The notes under the pieces were generated by a model, which saw nothing but the letters and a program-made list of their open reading frames with translations, ran no database searches and was not told the DNA's origin. The position numbers were made by a program, and so were the translations under genes. A stretch of DNA of 64,000 nt from a bacterium (GTDB taxonomy: Bacteria; Bacteroidota; Ignavibacteria; UBA10030): positions 64,001-128,000 of the forward strand of contig JAZDJN010000091.1 in NCBI GenBank assembly GCA_043803945.1, given 5' to 3'. Below are positions 32,701 to 42,000 of this stretch, in pieces. Each line of letters opens with the position of its first letter. The first letter of the stretch is position 1.

Positions 32701-35700
32701 GCGTACCGGCGGGAACTGCCAGTATTCCTCGCGAGAGATCCAGAGAACGTGTAATGTTAATTTTTTGATTCAGGGCTTCCGACTTCACTCCGGCGGGATT
32801 ATCTATACGGAGCTGTGAAATTCGAAAATCCGGTCCGGGATCGATGTACTGTTGCGCGTGGCCGGCCAGAAGGAATATTCCTGTCGTCGAAGAGATGCTC
32901 CCGCCATTCCGATTAAATGCCCGTAAACCGACTCCACTCCCCACACCATCCAGGGAGAGGTTGTTCGCTCCAAGTGAGAATTCTCCTCCGCTCTGTGTGA
33001 AAATATCAGTCACATGAAGTGTATGGATATCTGCGGTAAGCGATTCCAACGTAAAAATGCTTTGCGGATTAATAGGATCGAGAAGCAATTCTTCGATGCT
33101 ATAATCGTTGGCTACTTCAATCCCGGTACGAAATCCAGTAAGGATAAGCCTGCCCCCTCCCACTCCTGGAGTATTATTGGAAACGATGGCGATCTTATTT
33201 CCTGCCAAAGCTCCCTTGTCAAGCAGAGCGATGGCCGAACCGGACATTGTCAGATTAAAAGCATTCAACGAGAGAGATGGAATTCCAATGGAATCCTTTG
33301 ATCCGATGGTCAATCTGCCAATGATCCGGGCATCTGAACTCAATCGTGTCGGTGCCAGGATCGTAAGATTCAGCAGCGCAGTTTCCACTACATTACTGAG
33401 TTGAATGGAGGTTTGAGGTTGTGCTATTACCAGTGAACCACCTGCAGAAAGAAAACCCTGTGTATTTGATCCTTGCGCAAATCCTCCTGCACCAGCGATA
33501 ACCAGATCGTAGCTGGTGAAGTTCAACAAACCAGAAGAAAATTCTACACCGCCCATTGCATAAACAGCACTGGCCAGGGTTAGCAGTGCACCGCCAATAT
33601 TGAGCGATCCGAAAATCGTTTGTTCGCTTGCCAGCACCACCCCGCTCGCATCCCGTGAACCCATGCGGAGTACTGTGATACTGGAGGGTACTGTTCTGAA
33701 AGATCCCATGAAGCCCTGAATGTACTTGATGGAACAAATATTTTGCGAAGCGATGATAATGTTGCCCAGAAGCGCAGCATCCCGGGTGAACTCGCTGCCA
33801 AGTATATTGACCTGCGCTCCACTCACGAGGAAATAATCGCCAACATCGGCCGTAAACAACATTCCACGAATTTGATGAGTAACGTCGGAAGCGCGCAACT
33901 CAACCACGTTGCCATTGAGGCCGTTGGAGGCAAACCGGACTGCAGCCAGCGGACCGATCGAGAGTGCTCCTTGAAATACCAATCCGCTTGCCGGAAGATC
34001 CAGATAGGCAAGCGAACCCGTTGCGAGGTTTCCATCATTGTCCCGAGTATCGCTGTTGACATTCAACGTAAGCGTTCTTACAAGGCCTGGTTCGGAAAGG
34101 AATTCGCTGCCGATGGCCGCAGCCGCACTCAGTGAACCCAGATACTCAATATCGAATGACTGTCGACCAGTATTGAACAATCCGCCCGACAGGACGATAC
34201 CATTCGAGAGAGCAAGATTTCGTGTTATACGCGCCTGGGATCCCGCTGGTTCGATGATACTGGAAGGGACATTCAAAGAACCGGTGAACAAATTCAGCAC
34301 CCCGCTAAAACGAGTATGACCCAACACGGTGACACTGTTCGTCGTTCCAACATCAATCGTCAAATTCGAACAGAGGCCATTACTTGAACTCTCCAGCACG
34401 GCATTGGCAATTGGTTGAAATCCCGGAAGCAGTGAAGCTCCTCCGAAGATTATTCCCCCGGCCGATTCTGAGGAATATTGACCGTTAATAATAGCTTTCA
34501 CGCCATTGGCGTTGAGGACGATTGAGCTACCCTTGAGATGAAGTTGTGAACCGGTGCTTAGTGAAAACTGGCCGGCAACCTGAAGCGAGTGTTGTATCGT
34601 CACTGCTGAAGCGGTATTGGCTATTGCGAGATTAGTAAGCTGGAGATTTGTACCACCGTCCATAGTTTGCGGAACGGATCCCTGCAGCAACACCACGGAA
34701 GCGAGCGCCATCTGAATTGTTCCATCCAACCGGAGAAAGTTACCATCGATTCGGAGTGTACTTCCCGATGATGTTCCCAAAAGCGTCATCCCACCGGATT
34801 GTGTGTAATGAAGGGTCTTCAGTGTTACTCCATCAGGAACTCTGAGGAGACCATTCATTATATATATTGAATCAGACACTGCGCACGGAACCTCCAATAC
34901 AAGCTCTCCAGCTTGCATTGATAATCGCCCTATGTTGCAGTTCTCGGTATTACAAATTGTTACTCCGCCGTCTGAATTGAGAAAGAGGTTTGAGATTGTT
35001 CCACCATCGAGTGTCATACTCCCATCACGATGTGCAAATATAAGTTTTCCTGATGTAGCCTGGATCGTGCTTCCTTTTGTCCGATGATTGAATATGGCAG
35101 GGCTCGTCTGATTGCCCGAACCGTCATTCAAGAATGGAGCATCCCGAACTGGCAATACCGTAAGATCCCAGGCTCCCAGGTTGATAATCTTGCCGGGAGC
35201 ATTTGTTATCGGGAGCGAAACTGTTGTCGAACCATTCAAGGAGATTACTCCACCGGCTTCTCCGGAATTCAATAATTTGCCCCGAAGAGTACCAGACACC
35301 GATATTGAACCGCTGGAAGTATTAACAATGTGCACCGTGAACGATCTGAAACCAGAATTGGACCCTCTCGTTACTGGAGCAGATATTCCTTTCGAGAAAA
35401 CCAGTGAACCTGCAAAGATGTTTTCCATCAGTACAGAGTAATACGCATCGCCAGACGGCGCCGTGATGGATGCTGCGCTTAACTGGACGGTAGAACTAAA
35501 ATTGATCGACCCGGAAGAGGTATTCCGAACAAGCGATACCCCTTGACCGCTGCCGAATGACAATTCACTGAGAGGTTTGCCAACCGCATCGGGCGAAGCA
35601 AGCCAGACCACAGGCCCGGCAAAGCGGAGTGAACCTATTCCTGTGTTCTCTATTGTAGAGATCGATGCATCACCGGCCGTTGCCAATGCTCCGGCAATGA

Positions 35701-36718
35701 GAAGGAGAGTATCTTTAAAACTTACCTCATTGGAGCTTGCATTCTGAACGTCTGCAACGGAGGCAATTGATGAGAAGGTTCCTGCAGCAATCTTCTTTTC
35801 AAAGACAACATTTCCCGAACGGACAGTGATTGCTTTCACTCCGGCCATAGGCGCTGAAGCAGTCACTGGCACAGCATTACCCGCGAAGCTCATCGCCGCA
35901 GGGAATGTAATTGTTGTCTCAGGGATTTTATCGATCACCAGGGTTCCTTTGCCATAGTCACCATAGCGCGATTCAGGCCCAGCGGTGATACTCGCAGAAC
36001 CTTTATAGAGGAGGCTGAGATCAATCCCCTTTTGAGGTGCTTCAGATCCAAATCGGGCGGTTCCATTGATTTCGATTGTACTTCCACTTCGTAAACGAAC
36101 CAGGGAGCTTGTGTTCAATTGAATGATACCGCCGCGCAAGATGATTCCTGAAGTGACGGAGCCATTCGAATGCTGCGCTGCAAGATTCAGATATTCTTCC
36201 CCTGACATTGAGGTAATTGTTAGAGTTGCAGCGGGGATATCGACAATCAGTTGTGGAATATAGGCATCGGCAGTATGATCGAGGAGAGCACCGTTTGTTG
36301 CTGTGACTGAATTCGGTTCAGCAAGTATTTTTATTTCTTTGTTTGTTCCCAGAGAACGCAACTCGATAGTTAATCCGGTGGAAAGGTTCGGGTATTTCTG
36401 TGAGGAAATTTCGATGTCAGCATTGTCGGCTGGATTGACAGGAGAAGCATCGGTATCGACGCCATCACCGGCATAGATTCCTGCAAAGACGACAATCTTC
36501 CCATTCTGAACAACAGTTGAGAGTGCGGCTTGAAGCGTTGCTTTCGGCCCTGTGCCAGTCGGAGTATTTGTGGGATTTGTTCCGGAATTGAGATCAGAAC
36601 CGTTATTCGCGTCAACGTAGACAATGGCAGTTTGAGCGGCAGCGATATTGAGCCAACAGAGTATTGCGAAAGTCAGCAAGGGGATCGCTAGTGTTCTATA
36701 CTCCGGTCTGCGGCTCAT
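29774..36718 (-). CDS. giant secreted protein B: beta-helix-like body + 2 Ig + dockerin + cohesin-like domain + T9SS CTD
   Basis: Signal peptide ..AAA-Q; DUF1565-like cap YVD...GSD.NSG..GPKATLQAAL..GIY; dockerin GDVSGDDVITAYDASLIL...ADVSKDGTITAYDASLILQ (~30485-30657); cohesin-like IPLIL...YSVQ...WD..ITIVMAG; CTD LMQNYPNPFNPST...KRMLLIR; paralog of 39055-45969. Confidence 0.85.
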   Translation of the reverse strand: MSRRPEYRTLAIPLLTFAILCWLNIAAAQTAIVYVDANNGSDLNSGTNPTNTPTGTGPKATLQAALSTVVQNGKIVVFAGIYAGDGVDTDASPVNPADNADIEISSQKYPNLSTGLTIELRSLGTNKEIKILAEPNSVTATNGALLDHTADAYIPQLIVDIPAATLTITSMSGEEYLNLAAQHSNGSVTSGIILRGGIIQLNTSSLVRLRSGSTIEINGTARFGSEAPQKGIDLSLLYKGSASITAGPESRYGDYGKGTLVIDKIPETTITFPAAMSFAGNAVPVTASAPMAGVKAITVRSGNVVFEKKIAAGTFSSIASVADVQNASSNEVSFKDTLLLIAGALATAGDASISTIENTGIGSLRFAGPVVWLASPDAVGKPLSELSFGSGQGVSLVRNTSSGSINFSSTVQLSAASITAPSGDAYYSVLMENIFAGSLVFSKGISAPVTRGSNSGFRSFTVHIVNTSSGSISVSGTLRGKLLNSGEAGGVISLNGSTTVSLPITNAPGKIINLGAWDLTVLPVRDAPFLNDGSGNQTSPAIFNHRTKGSTIQATSGKLIFAHRDGSMTLDGGTISNLFLNSDGGVTICNTENCNIGRLSMQAGELVLEVPCAVSDSIYIMNGLLRVPDGVTLKTLHYTQSGGMTLLGTSSGSTLRIDGNFLRLDGTIQMALASVVLLQGSVPQTMDGGTNLQLTNLAIANTASAVTIQHSLQVAGQFSLSTGSQLHLKGSSIVLNANGVKAIINGQYSSESAGGIIFGGASLLPGFQPIANAVLESSSNGLCSNLTIDVGTTNSVTVLGHTRFSGVLNLFTGSLNVPSSIIEPAGSQARITRNLALSNGIVLSGGLFNTGRQSFDIEYLGSLSAAAAIGSEFLSEPGLVRTLTLNVNSDTRDNDGNLATGSLAYLDLPASGLVFQGALSIGPLAAVRFASNGLNGNVVELRASDVTHQIRGMLFTADVGDYFLVSGAQVNILGSEFTRDAALLGNIIIASQNICSIKYIQGFMGSFRTVPSSITVLRMGSRDASGVVLASEQTIFGSLNIGGALLTLASAVYAMGGVEFSSGLLNFTSYDLVIAGAGGFAQGSNTQGFLSAGGSLVIAQPQTSIQLSNVVETALLNLTILAPTRLSSDARIIGRLTIGSKDSIGIPSLSLNAFNLTMSGSAIALLDKGALAGNKIAIVSNNTPGVGGGRLILTGFRTGIEVANDYSIEELLLDPINPQSIFTLESLTADIHTLHVTDIFTQSGGEFSLGANNLSLDGVGSGVGLRAFNRNGGSISSTTGIFLLAGHAQQYIDPGPDFRISQLRIDNPAGVKSEALNQKINITRSLDLSRGILAVPAGTLLLADNATVIRRRTDAKISTAPLFEGRINLLYLVDSANGNLITERELPASFSILKDLVISNPNQSADRDNVTLDKDVVIVGTLYLMDGELDEGSNNLTLAENSRLSIGRGRFESSFGAQDAPTVSRYYLRYCSGTSLTSSDKELQSGPGKTILSLEVVNDTLGNATRVTLHRECTVRDLRLNCTGGGIALGVPGSFAPQPLHIQGTLTIEAGSFINPTGSATTIDLQGNQEQLIQVPSQGLVLPGGSSAIHLRLNNRLGFRLSGGDLKLDPGSLLYFINGILRADTTSITLSQQASQQGFDRTGIVGANVSHILGRVRQSISVGAGNPLQWANGKYEFPVGSVTGYQPFIMTFTAAYPATANPTIEVQAVVGSAEGTVGLPFDAGNGIRIGSYGLRYWSLQSTLPTLSQSQQCDIEVQTIKSDQAFSRIVDLRLIRRQESNLLATPWQLQGSGLSYGRNALEVSSTGDTLLIVRSTGSLANLIPEGTRFTIGYPTRPPLFLQALRDTVIRENDTLIYKFSTDPRDYGEEILYALLNPPTGVSIDEKNGILRWVPTFLQAGSYSIIVTASDGQFTITNSSAISVQNVNRTPRFARILRDTTLRAGQDSLLFTYLAFDADGDPLIFNLLNAPPGCSLTNEGRIRWIPLLSQAGGRYTITVRISDGSASDSTTASVTIIQNRRPGDVSGDDVITAYDASLILLHVAGIQLLSGPLTLFLADVSKDGTITAYDASLILQYVAGVISVFPVQPAPEHPRLMKQGERTGSLGWGVQRRINQTSLIEIPLILQTDGEKIYSVQMKGNWDSTIVGIRTIAGTLPKDWQLCHEIKGETITIVMAGASPLEKGSIAQFTLERLNPTVSLELEFEAMLNERVIEKIQYEAVAIHHHFALMQNYPNPFNPSTMIQFQLPVSGHVKLQIFDISGRLIKTLKNSELEAGEQRVQWDGRTETGEAASSGIYLYCLETSGYRASKRMLLIR

Positions 36719-36771
36719 TGCAATCTCATCGATCGAAAACGTTTAATCATTTTTTGTATTATTCAGCTTTT

Positions 36772-36920
36772 TTAGTAATCCTAGTACTTTCACTTATCTT
36801 TCTCCCCCTTTACCAAAGGGGGCCGGCCCGCTCCGCCGACGCGGGAGCGAGGCTGGAGGGGGATTCTACAGCAAGCTGCAGATAAATCTCATTGAGAACT
36901 CCATTGACAAATCTCCCTTC
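36772..36920. repeat. ~140-bp dispersed repeat, copy 2, with a 30-bp palindromic insert (36823-36852)
   Basis: Aligns to 4653-4775; extra CCGGCCCGCTCCGCCGACGCGGGAGCGAGG is absent from copy 1. Confidence 0.85.
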
Positions 36921-37040
36921 GAGGTTGTCCAAAATGTAGGACGAGTTGCCAACTCGTCCACGTTGAGATAGTGAAAACATTTCATATTGCGCAATCTTGA
37001 TCTATGACATACACCCATTAAGTACTTTTTGGACAACCTC
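36921..37040. mobile_element. 120-bp MITE with perfect 14-bp TIRs, containing a GTAG-type REP
   Basis: GAGGTTGTCCAAAA (36921-36934) / TTTTGGACAACCTC (37027-37040); internal GTAGGACGAGTT-GCC-AACTCGTCC. Confidence 0.75.
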
Positions 37041-37199
37041 AATATGGTCCGCGTAGACGAACAACAATGCATGAACCATTCCGTTCTCCATTTATCCAGT
37101 ATATAAACGAATGGAAAATACAATACCCTTATAGTGTGCTAATTATATTAGCATTCACGTTTCTGTTATAATTACAGCTTTAAAATATCGGTTAAAACA

Positions 37200-37234
37200 A
37201 CAAAGGCAGACACCCAGCCGGGGTCTGCCTTTGT
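37200..37234 (-). terminator. intrinsic terminator after scaffoldin A
   Basis: ACAAAGGCAGAC-loop-GTCTGCCTTTGT, followed by TGTTTT on the minus strand. Confidence 0.7.
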
Positions 37235-37260
37235 GAACAACATAAACATTCCAACACCGA

Positions 37261-38964
37261 TTACTTCATCAATGTCATCTTCATCGATGCTTGGAAGCCA
37301 CCGGCATTAAAGCGGGCGATGTAGATACCGGTTGTAACGCTTGCACCGGCTTCGTTCTTTCCATCCCACTTCATGGTATATCGTCCTGCATTCATTGCCG
37401 TTCCGGCAATGAGCGTTCGGACTTTCACACCGAGAACGTTGTAGATCTCGAGTGTAACGGGAGCTTCTTTTGGCAACTCAAAGTTGAGATTGGTTGTCGG
37501 GTTGAACGGATTTGGGTAGTTCTGATTCAATGCAAATTCCGTTGGTATTACTTCAACATCGGAGACCGGTGTCACTGTGGTACTCCATGAAACGGAATCT
37601 TTCAGACCGCCTGCATCCGAGAACACAACTCTAAAGACAAATGCAGTACCGTGTGTCTGTGTTGGAATATACGAAAATGCATTTGTCGTGGACGACTGCA
37701 CGACGCCATTCACAGTCCATACATACGTAACCGCATCACCATCAGGGTCACTTACAGTAACCGAGAAGGAGAACGGAACGTTTCTGGAAATAGCCGTAGG
37801 AGCCGTTGCCGGAACCTGCGCCGATTTCACTGGTTTGCGATTAACGTTTGTCACTGTGATCTTTGCTTTTGCAGTGTCAGTCAATTGACCGTCACTTACA
37901 ACAACATTGATATTATATGGTGTCGCGCTGCCTTGTTCATAGGTCGGCGTCCATGTGAACACACCGGCTGTTGTCACCGCTGCACCTGTTGGGCCACCAA
38001 CGAGTGAAAATGTCAATGGTGTTCCTTCAGGATCAGTGGCAGTATAGGTAAATGAAACAGCTTCATTCTCATTTACTGTCTTATCAGCAAGCTTATTCAC
38101 AAAGACCGGTTTGTTGTTGATTGCAACCGTCACCGTACCATCGATACCAGCACCGGTTGGCGTACCTTCATTGAATTTCACCGAGGTGAACTTCACATCC
38201 GAGGTACCGCCGGCCACGATTTCTGCGACGAGATCTATCAATGTACCGGTTCCTGTTAAAGCATCGGCACCTGCGCCGGCAATTTTCACCGTGCCAGAAG
38301 TGGCAGTATTTGCCTGCACGGAAAAGTTTGCAGACATCGTTCCGGTTTTCGAAACACCGGTGATCTTAATCTTTGCAGGATCGTAGGTGAGCGCCAGCTC
38401 GTAGGAAACGATAGCTTTACCAGTGACATCCTCTGTCTTGATGGGAATATTGAATTTCCCGCCGACAACGGATGTAACGACTGTCGTCTGAACATTGATG
38501 GCAAATGTTGGTGCAGAGACAGAGCCGTCTGTGGTGGCTGCTGACGGAGTACCATCATTGAATACCATCGTTGTAAATGTTAATGGCGACGTGCCTTTGG
38601 CAATCAGTGTTCCCTTCAAATTGATTAATGTACCGCCAGTACTAGCAAGAGGATCGATCTGTGCAGCAGCGATCTTTACGACTCCACCGCTAATATTCTT
38701 CTGGATCGTCATCCCAGCGGACACTGTACCAATTTTATCCACGTCAGTAATTGTGACTATCGTAGGATCGTAAGATATCGACAAGTCATAGGAGATCACC
38801 CCTTTACCTGTGAGATCTCCGACCGTCACAGGAATCGTCACAGCTCCTAACGTTCCCGTTATGTTGGGCATGCTAACAGTAACTTGAGCCACGCTGATCC
38901 CGCTAAAGATCAACACGACCATCGCCACCGCTAGATACCTGGTGAAGAATCTTAAGTTAAGCAT
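37261..38964 (-). CDS. mini-scaffoldin A: 2 tandem cohesins + cadherin-like Ig + Ig + T9SS CTD
   Basis: Signal peptide ..SVA-Q; two repeats IP..(V/T).D.TGK...SY.L...YDP.......GT.S...VKIA.A...L...GTLI.L...GTS...FT...FN.GTP....DG.V; CTD LNQNYPNPFNPTT...MKMTLMK. Confidence 0.88.
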   Translation of the reverse strand: MLNLRFFTRYLAVAMVVLIFSGISVAQVTVSMPNITGTLGAVTIPVTVGDLTGKGVISYDLSISYDPTIVTITDVDKIGTVSAGMTIQKNISGGVVKIAAAQIDPLASTGGTLINLKGTLIAKGTSPLTFTTMVFNDGTPSAATTDGSVSAPTFAINVQTTVVTSVVGGKFNIPIKTEDVTGKAIVSYELALTYDPAKIKITGVSKTGTMSANFSVQANTATSGTVKIAGAGADALTGTGTLIDLVAEIVAGGTSDVKFTSVKFNEGTPTGAGIDGTVTVAINNKPVFVNKLADKTVNENEAVSFTYTATDPEGTPLTFSLVGGPTGAAVTTAGVFTWTPTYEQGSATPYNINVVVSDGQLTDTAKAKITVTNVNRKPVKSAQVPATAPTAISRNVPFSFSVTVSDPDGDAVTYVWTVNGVVQSSTTNAFSYIPTQTHGTAFVFRVVFSDAGGLKDSVSWSTTVTPVSDVEVIPTEFALNQNYPNPFNPTTNLNFELPKEAPVTLEIYNVLGVKVRTLIAGTAMNAGRYTMKWDGKNEAGASVTTGIYIARFNAGGFQASMKMTLMK

Positions 38965-39011
38965 CGTGTCTCCTCTGTGTGTTTATGGTCTAATTAGATA
39001 AGAGTTATTAC

Positions 39012-39035
39012 CCCGAACCGCCGAAGCGGTTCGGG
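39012..39035 (-). other. extra-stable intercistronic stem-loop (cUUCGg) with no U-tract
   Basis: mRNA CCCGAACCGC-UUCG-GCGGUUCGGG between giant gene A and scaffoldin A. Confidence 0.7.
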
Positions 39036-39054
39036 ATGATTTTCTAACTGCACC

Positions 39055-42000
39055 TTACTTGATTAACATCATCTTGTTCGATGCAACAAATGACCCGGCT
39101 TGAACACGATAGAGGTAGAGGCCAGATGCGACTGATTGACCAGCATCATTGCGACCATCCCACACTATGGAGTAGTAACCGGCTTTTTGTTCCTGGGCGA
39201 CCACTGACCGAATCTTCTGACCCTGCATATTATAGATCACCAGGTTCACGGCTGCATCCTGTGCAATCCGATACTTAATGGTGGTTGTCGGGTTGAAGGG
39301 ATTCGGATAGTTCTGATCGAGACCGAACTCGGACGGAACGAGACTGATCTCGGTTGCATCCATGGTCTGACCAATGCCATCATTCAAGAAGCCTTCACCG
39401 CTCACTGTGAGACGGTTCTCTTTGTTCTTCAGCTTGAAGCTCACAACTGCTGCTTCGCCAGTCACAGGGGTTAGACCTGCTGCTGCAACGGTCAATGTAC
39501 CATCTTCGACCTTGTACAGAAGTGTCCAGTCCTGAGGAAGTTTAGATGCAACTTCATTGACTGTGGCGATTGCCGCGTTGAACTTCATTGTGAATTGCAT
39601 CGATGTGATGTTTCGTGCATCATCGGAAACCTTTACGCCCATGGTAACTGCATCCGCTTTCGCAACCGGGTTCTTCCATTCGATGGAACCGACTGAAGCT
39701 TCGGATTTACCAAGTGCAGCTGGGGCAAATACTACGGGATAGCCAGCAACCTTCTGGAGAATCAAGGATGCGTCGTATGCGTTCACAGTGGTGTTACCAG
39801 AGACATCACCAGCCCAGAGAGCTTCCGGATCGGTAATGGTGATAAGGCCGACTGCGTGTTGCAATGCAAGCGATGCATCTTCTGCGAGTACTGCATTGTC
39901 GCCAGAAATGTCACCTTTAATGCGTGCACGGTTGACGGTAACATTGAAGGTTTGTTCCACTGCTGGAGCAACACCATCTGTTACGCTAACCTTCACGGCA
40001 TACGTCTTTGTGGCATCGAGATACTCTGGCTGCCATGTCAACGCTGTGCCTGTCAAAGCCGGCAGGTTGGTTGCTGTGGCAGGAGCAGGAGTAACGCTAT
40101 CAAATGCATAGGTTAATGCATCGGTATCGAGATCGGAAGCTGCGAGAGTAACATTCAGCCTCTCTGTCCACTTAATGGTCTGTGCAGTGACTGCGGTAAA
40201 CACTGGTGCACGGTTCACGTTATTCACGGTAACCACGACTGTGTCATAAGCGGTCAATGGACCATAGGTATCAGTTGCACTAACAACAAAGTTCGTAGTG
40301 ACTGATGGTGTAGCTTTCGTTGCAAAAGTATATGGGATAGCCCATGTGATCTTTCCAGCGGCCAGAGCAGAGGCACCTTCCGGAGCAAGCACTTTGGCCA
40401 TTGTCACAGCATCGCCACCGAGATCATAATCAACAGCAACCCAGGTCAACTCAACCGTTTCGCCTTCATTCTTTGGCACATCGGCAGGCATCGTTGTGAA
40501 AGTCGGTGCCTTGTTGATTTGGCTATAGGTAAAGAGTGAACCTTGAGTTGTGATACCACCAGTTGCATCGATAGCTTTCACAACCGGCCATGTCAGGTTA
40601 ACAGTAGAGTTATCATACAGCCGTGTACCAGTATTATAATTTTTCTGTTCAAGCCACTGGTTATTGTAATTACCAGAGTCTCGGCGGATCAATCGGACAT
40701 TCTGGATTGCATCTGCGACATATTCTGCATATCCCTCAGCCTGTGCTTCGATATCAAACACATACGAAGGAGCCAGAGGAATATCAGATTTCACGGACCA
40801 GAAGAATCCCGGATAGTTTGTAAGATTCAAATCAGAACCATCTTGTTTCTTCGAGAGAATCTTGAATCCATTTTCACCACCTGGTCGTGAATTCACATGA
40901 CTCACCGTAATGGTAGCCGCACTCTGAGGAGTGTTCTTAAAGAATACGCTCAACGGTCGATAGTAACCAACCGATGCGGGCATCGTTCCAACTGGGAACG
41001 TTACAACACTGCGGTCAATCGAAGTACCAGTGCTATTATTGACATATTTACGAACGTTTCCAACAAAGTGACTGAAATCACCAGTTGCAACCGAACGACT
41101 GAAACCTTGAGTCGGTTTGTTAGTGAGGGGATGGTTACCCTGGATCAACGTCCATACAAAGTCAACAGTAGTGACAATTACACCTTTTGTAAAGATAACG
41201 TTACTGCCAGTACCCATAGTGACGTTACCGCCTCCAAGAGTGACCTTCTTATCGACATCTGCTGTTGCGGCACTGTTGACCTGAACATCGACAGGCGGTG
41301 TCTCGCCTGCACCTACGTCAATATAGTCACCGTCAGCATTCCCATCCACACCGCTTGGTAACGTTAATCCTGCTGCGGGAACCGTTATCGTCTGAAAGGT
41401 AGTTCCTTGGAAGACGACTTTAGGAACGCTCGTTCCAGCCGTAGTCCATGCAACTGTGATGAAATTACCAGCGGTTACTGCTAAATTGCCAGTAATGGTC
41501 AGATTGCGTGTCAGACCTCCGACAGTATTCAACTGTATTCCACCACCGGTAGCGTTAATGGTAACATTCGTTACTGTAGCGCTTGCATGTGGCGTAAGGA
41601 CGGTATTTGTAGTTTTCACCGTAAGACCAAGCAAAGTCGCGGCAGTTTGAAGCTGCTCAGCAGTACTTGTAACGGCAGCACCACCGCTATACACCAAGTA
41701 GTACGATGTCACAGTTGGTGAGTCAGGGCCGGAACCTTCAAAATTACCAGTTCCGATTTCTAACGTACCACCCGCAGCAATCGTAATTGCTTTGGTTGTC
41801 TCATCGAGCAAACCAGCCTGTAGATATAACGTACCGCTTACTGTTACATCTTTGCCCATATCAACCTGATCGTTGACACCACCACCGACAGTTCGGTTGA
41901 CAGTAAAGTTAAATACCGCAGCCGAAAGTTCGTTACCGGTAGCAATGGCAGCAGCCTCAGCACCACTATATTCAACATTGGTATTGGTACCGAAGACTAC

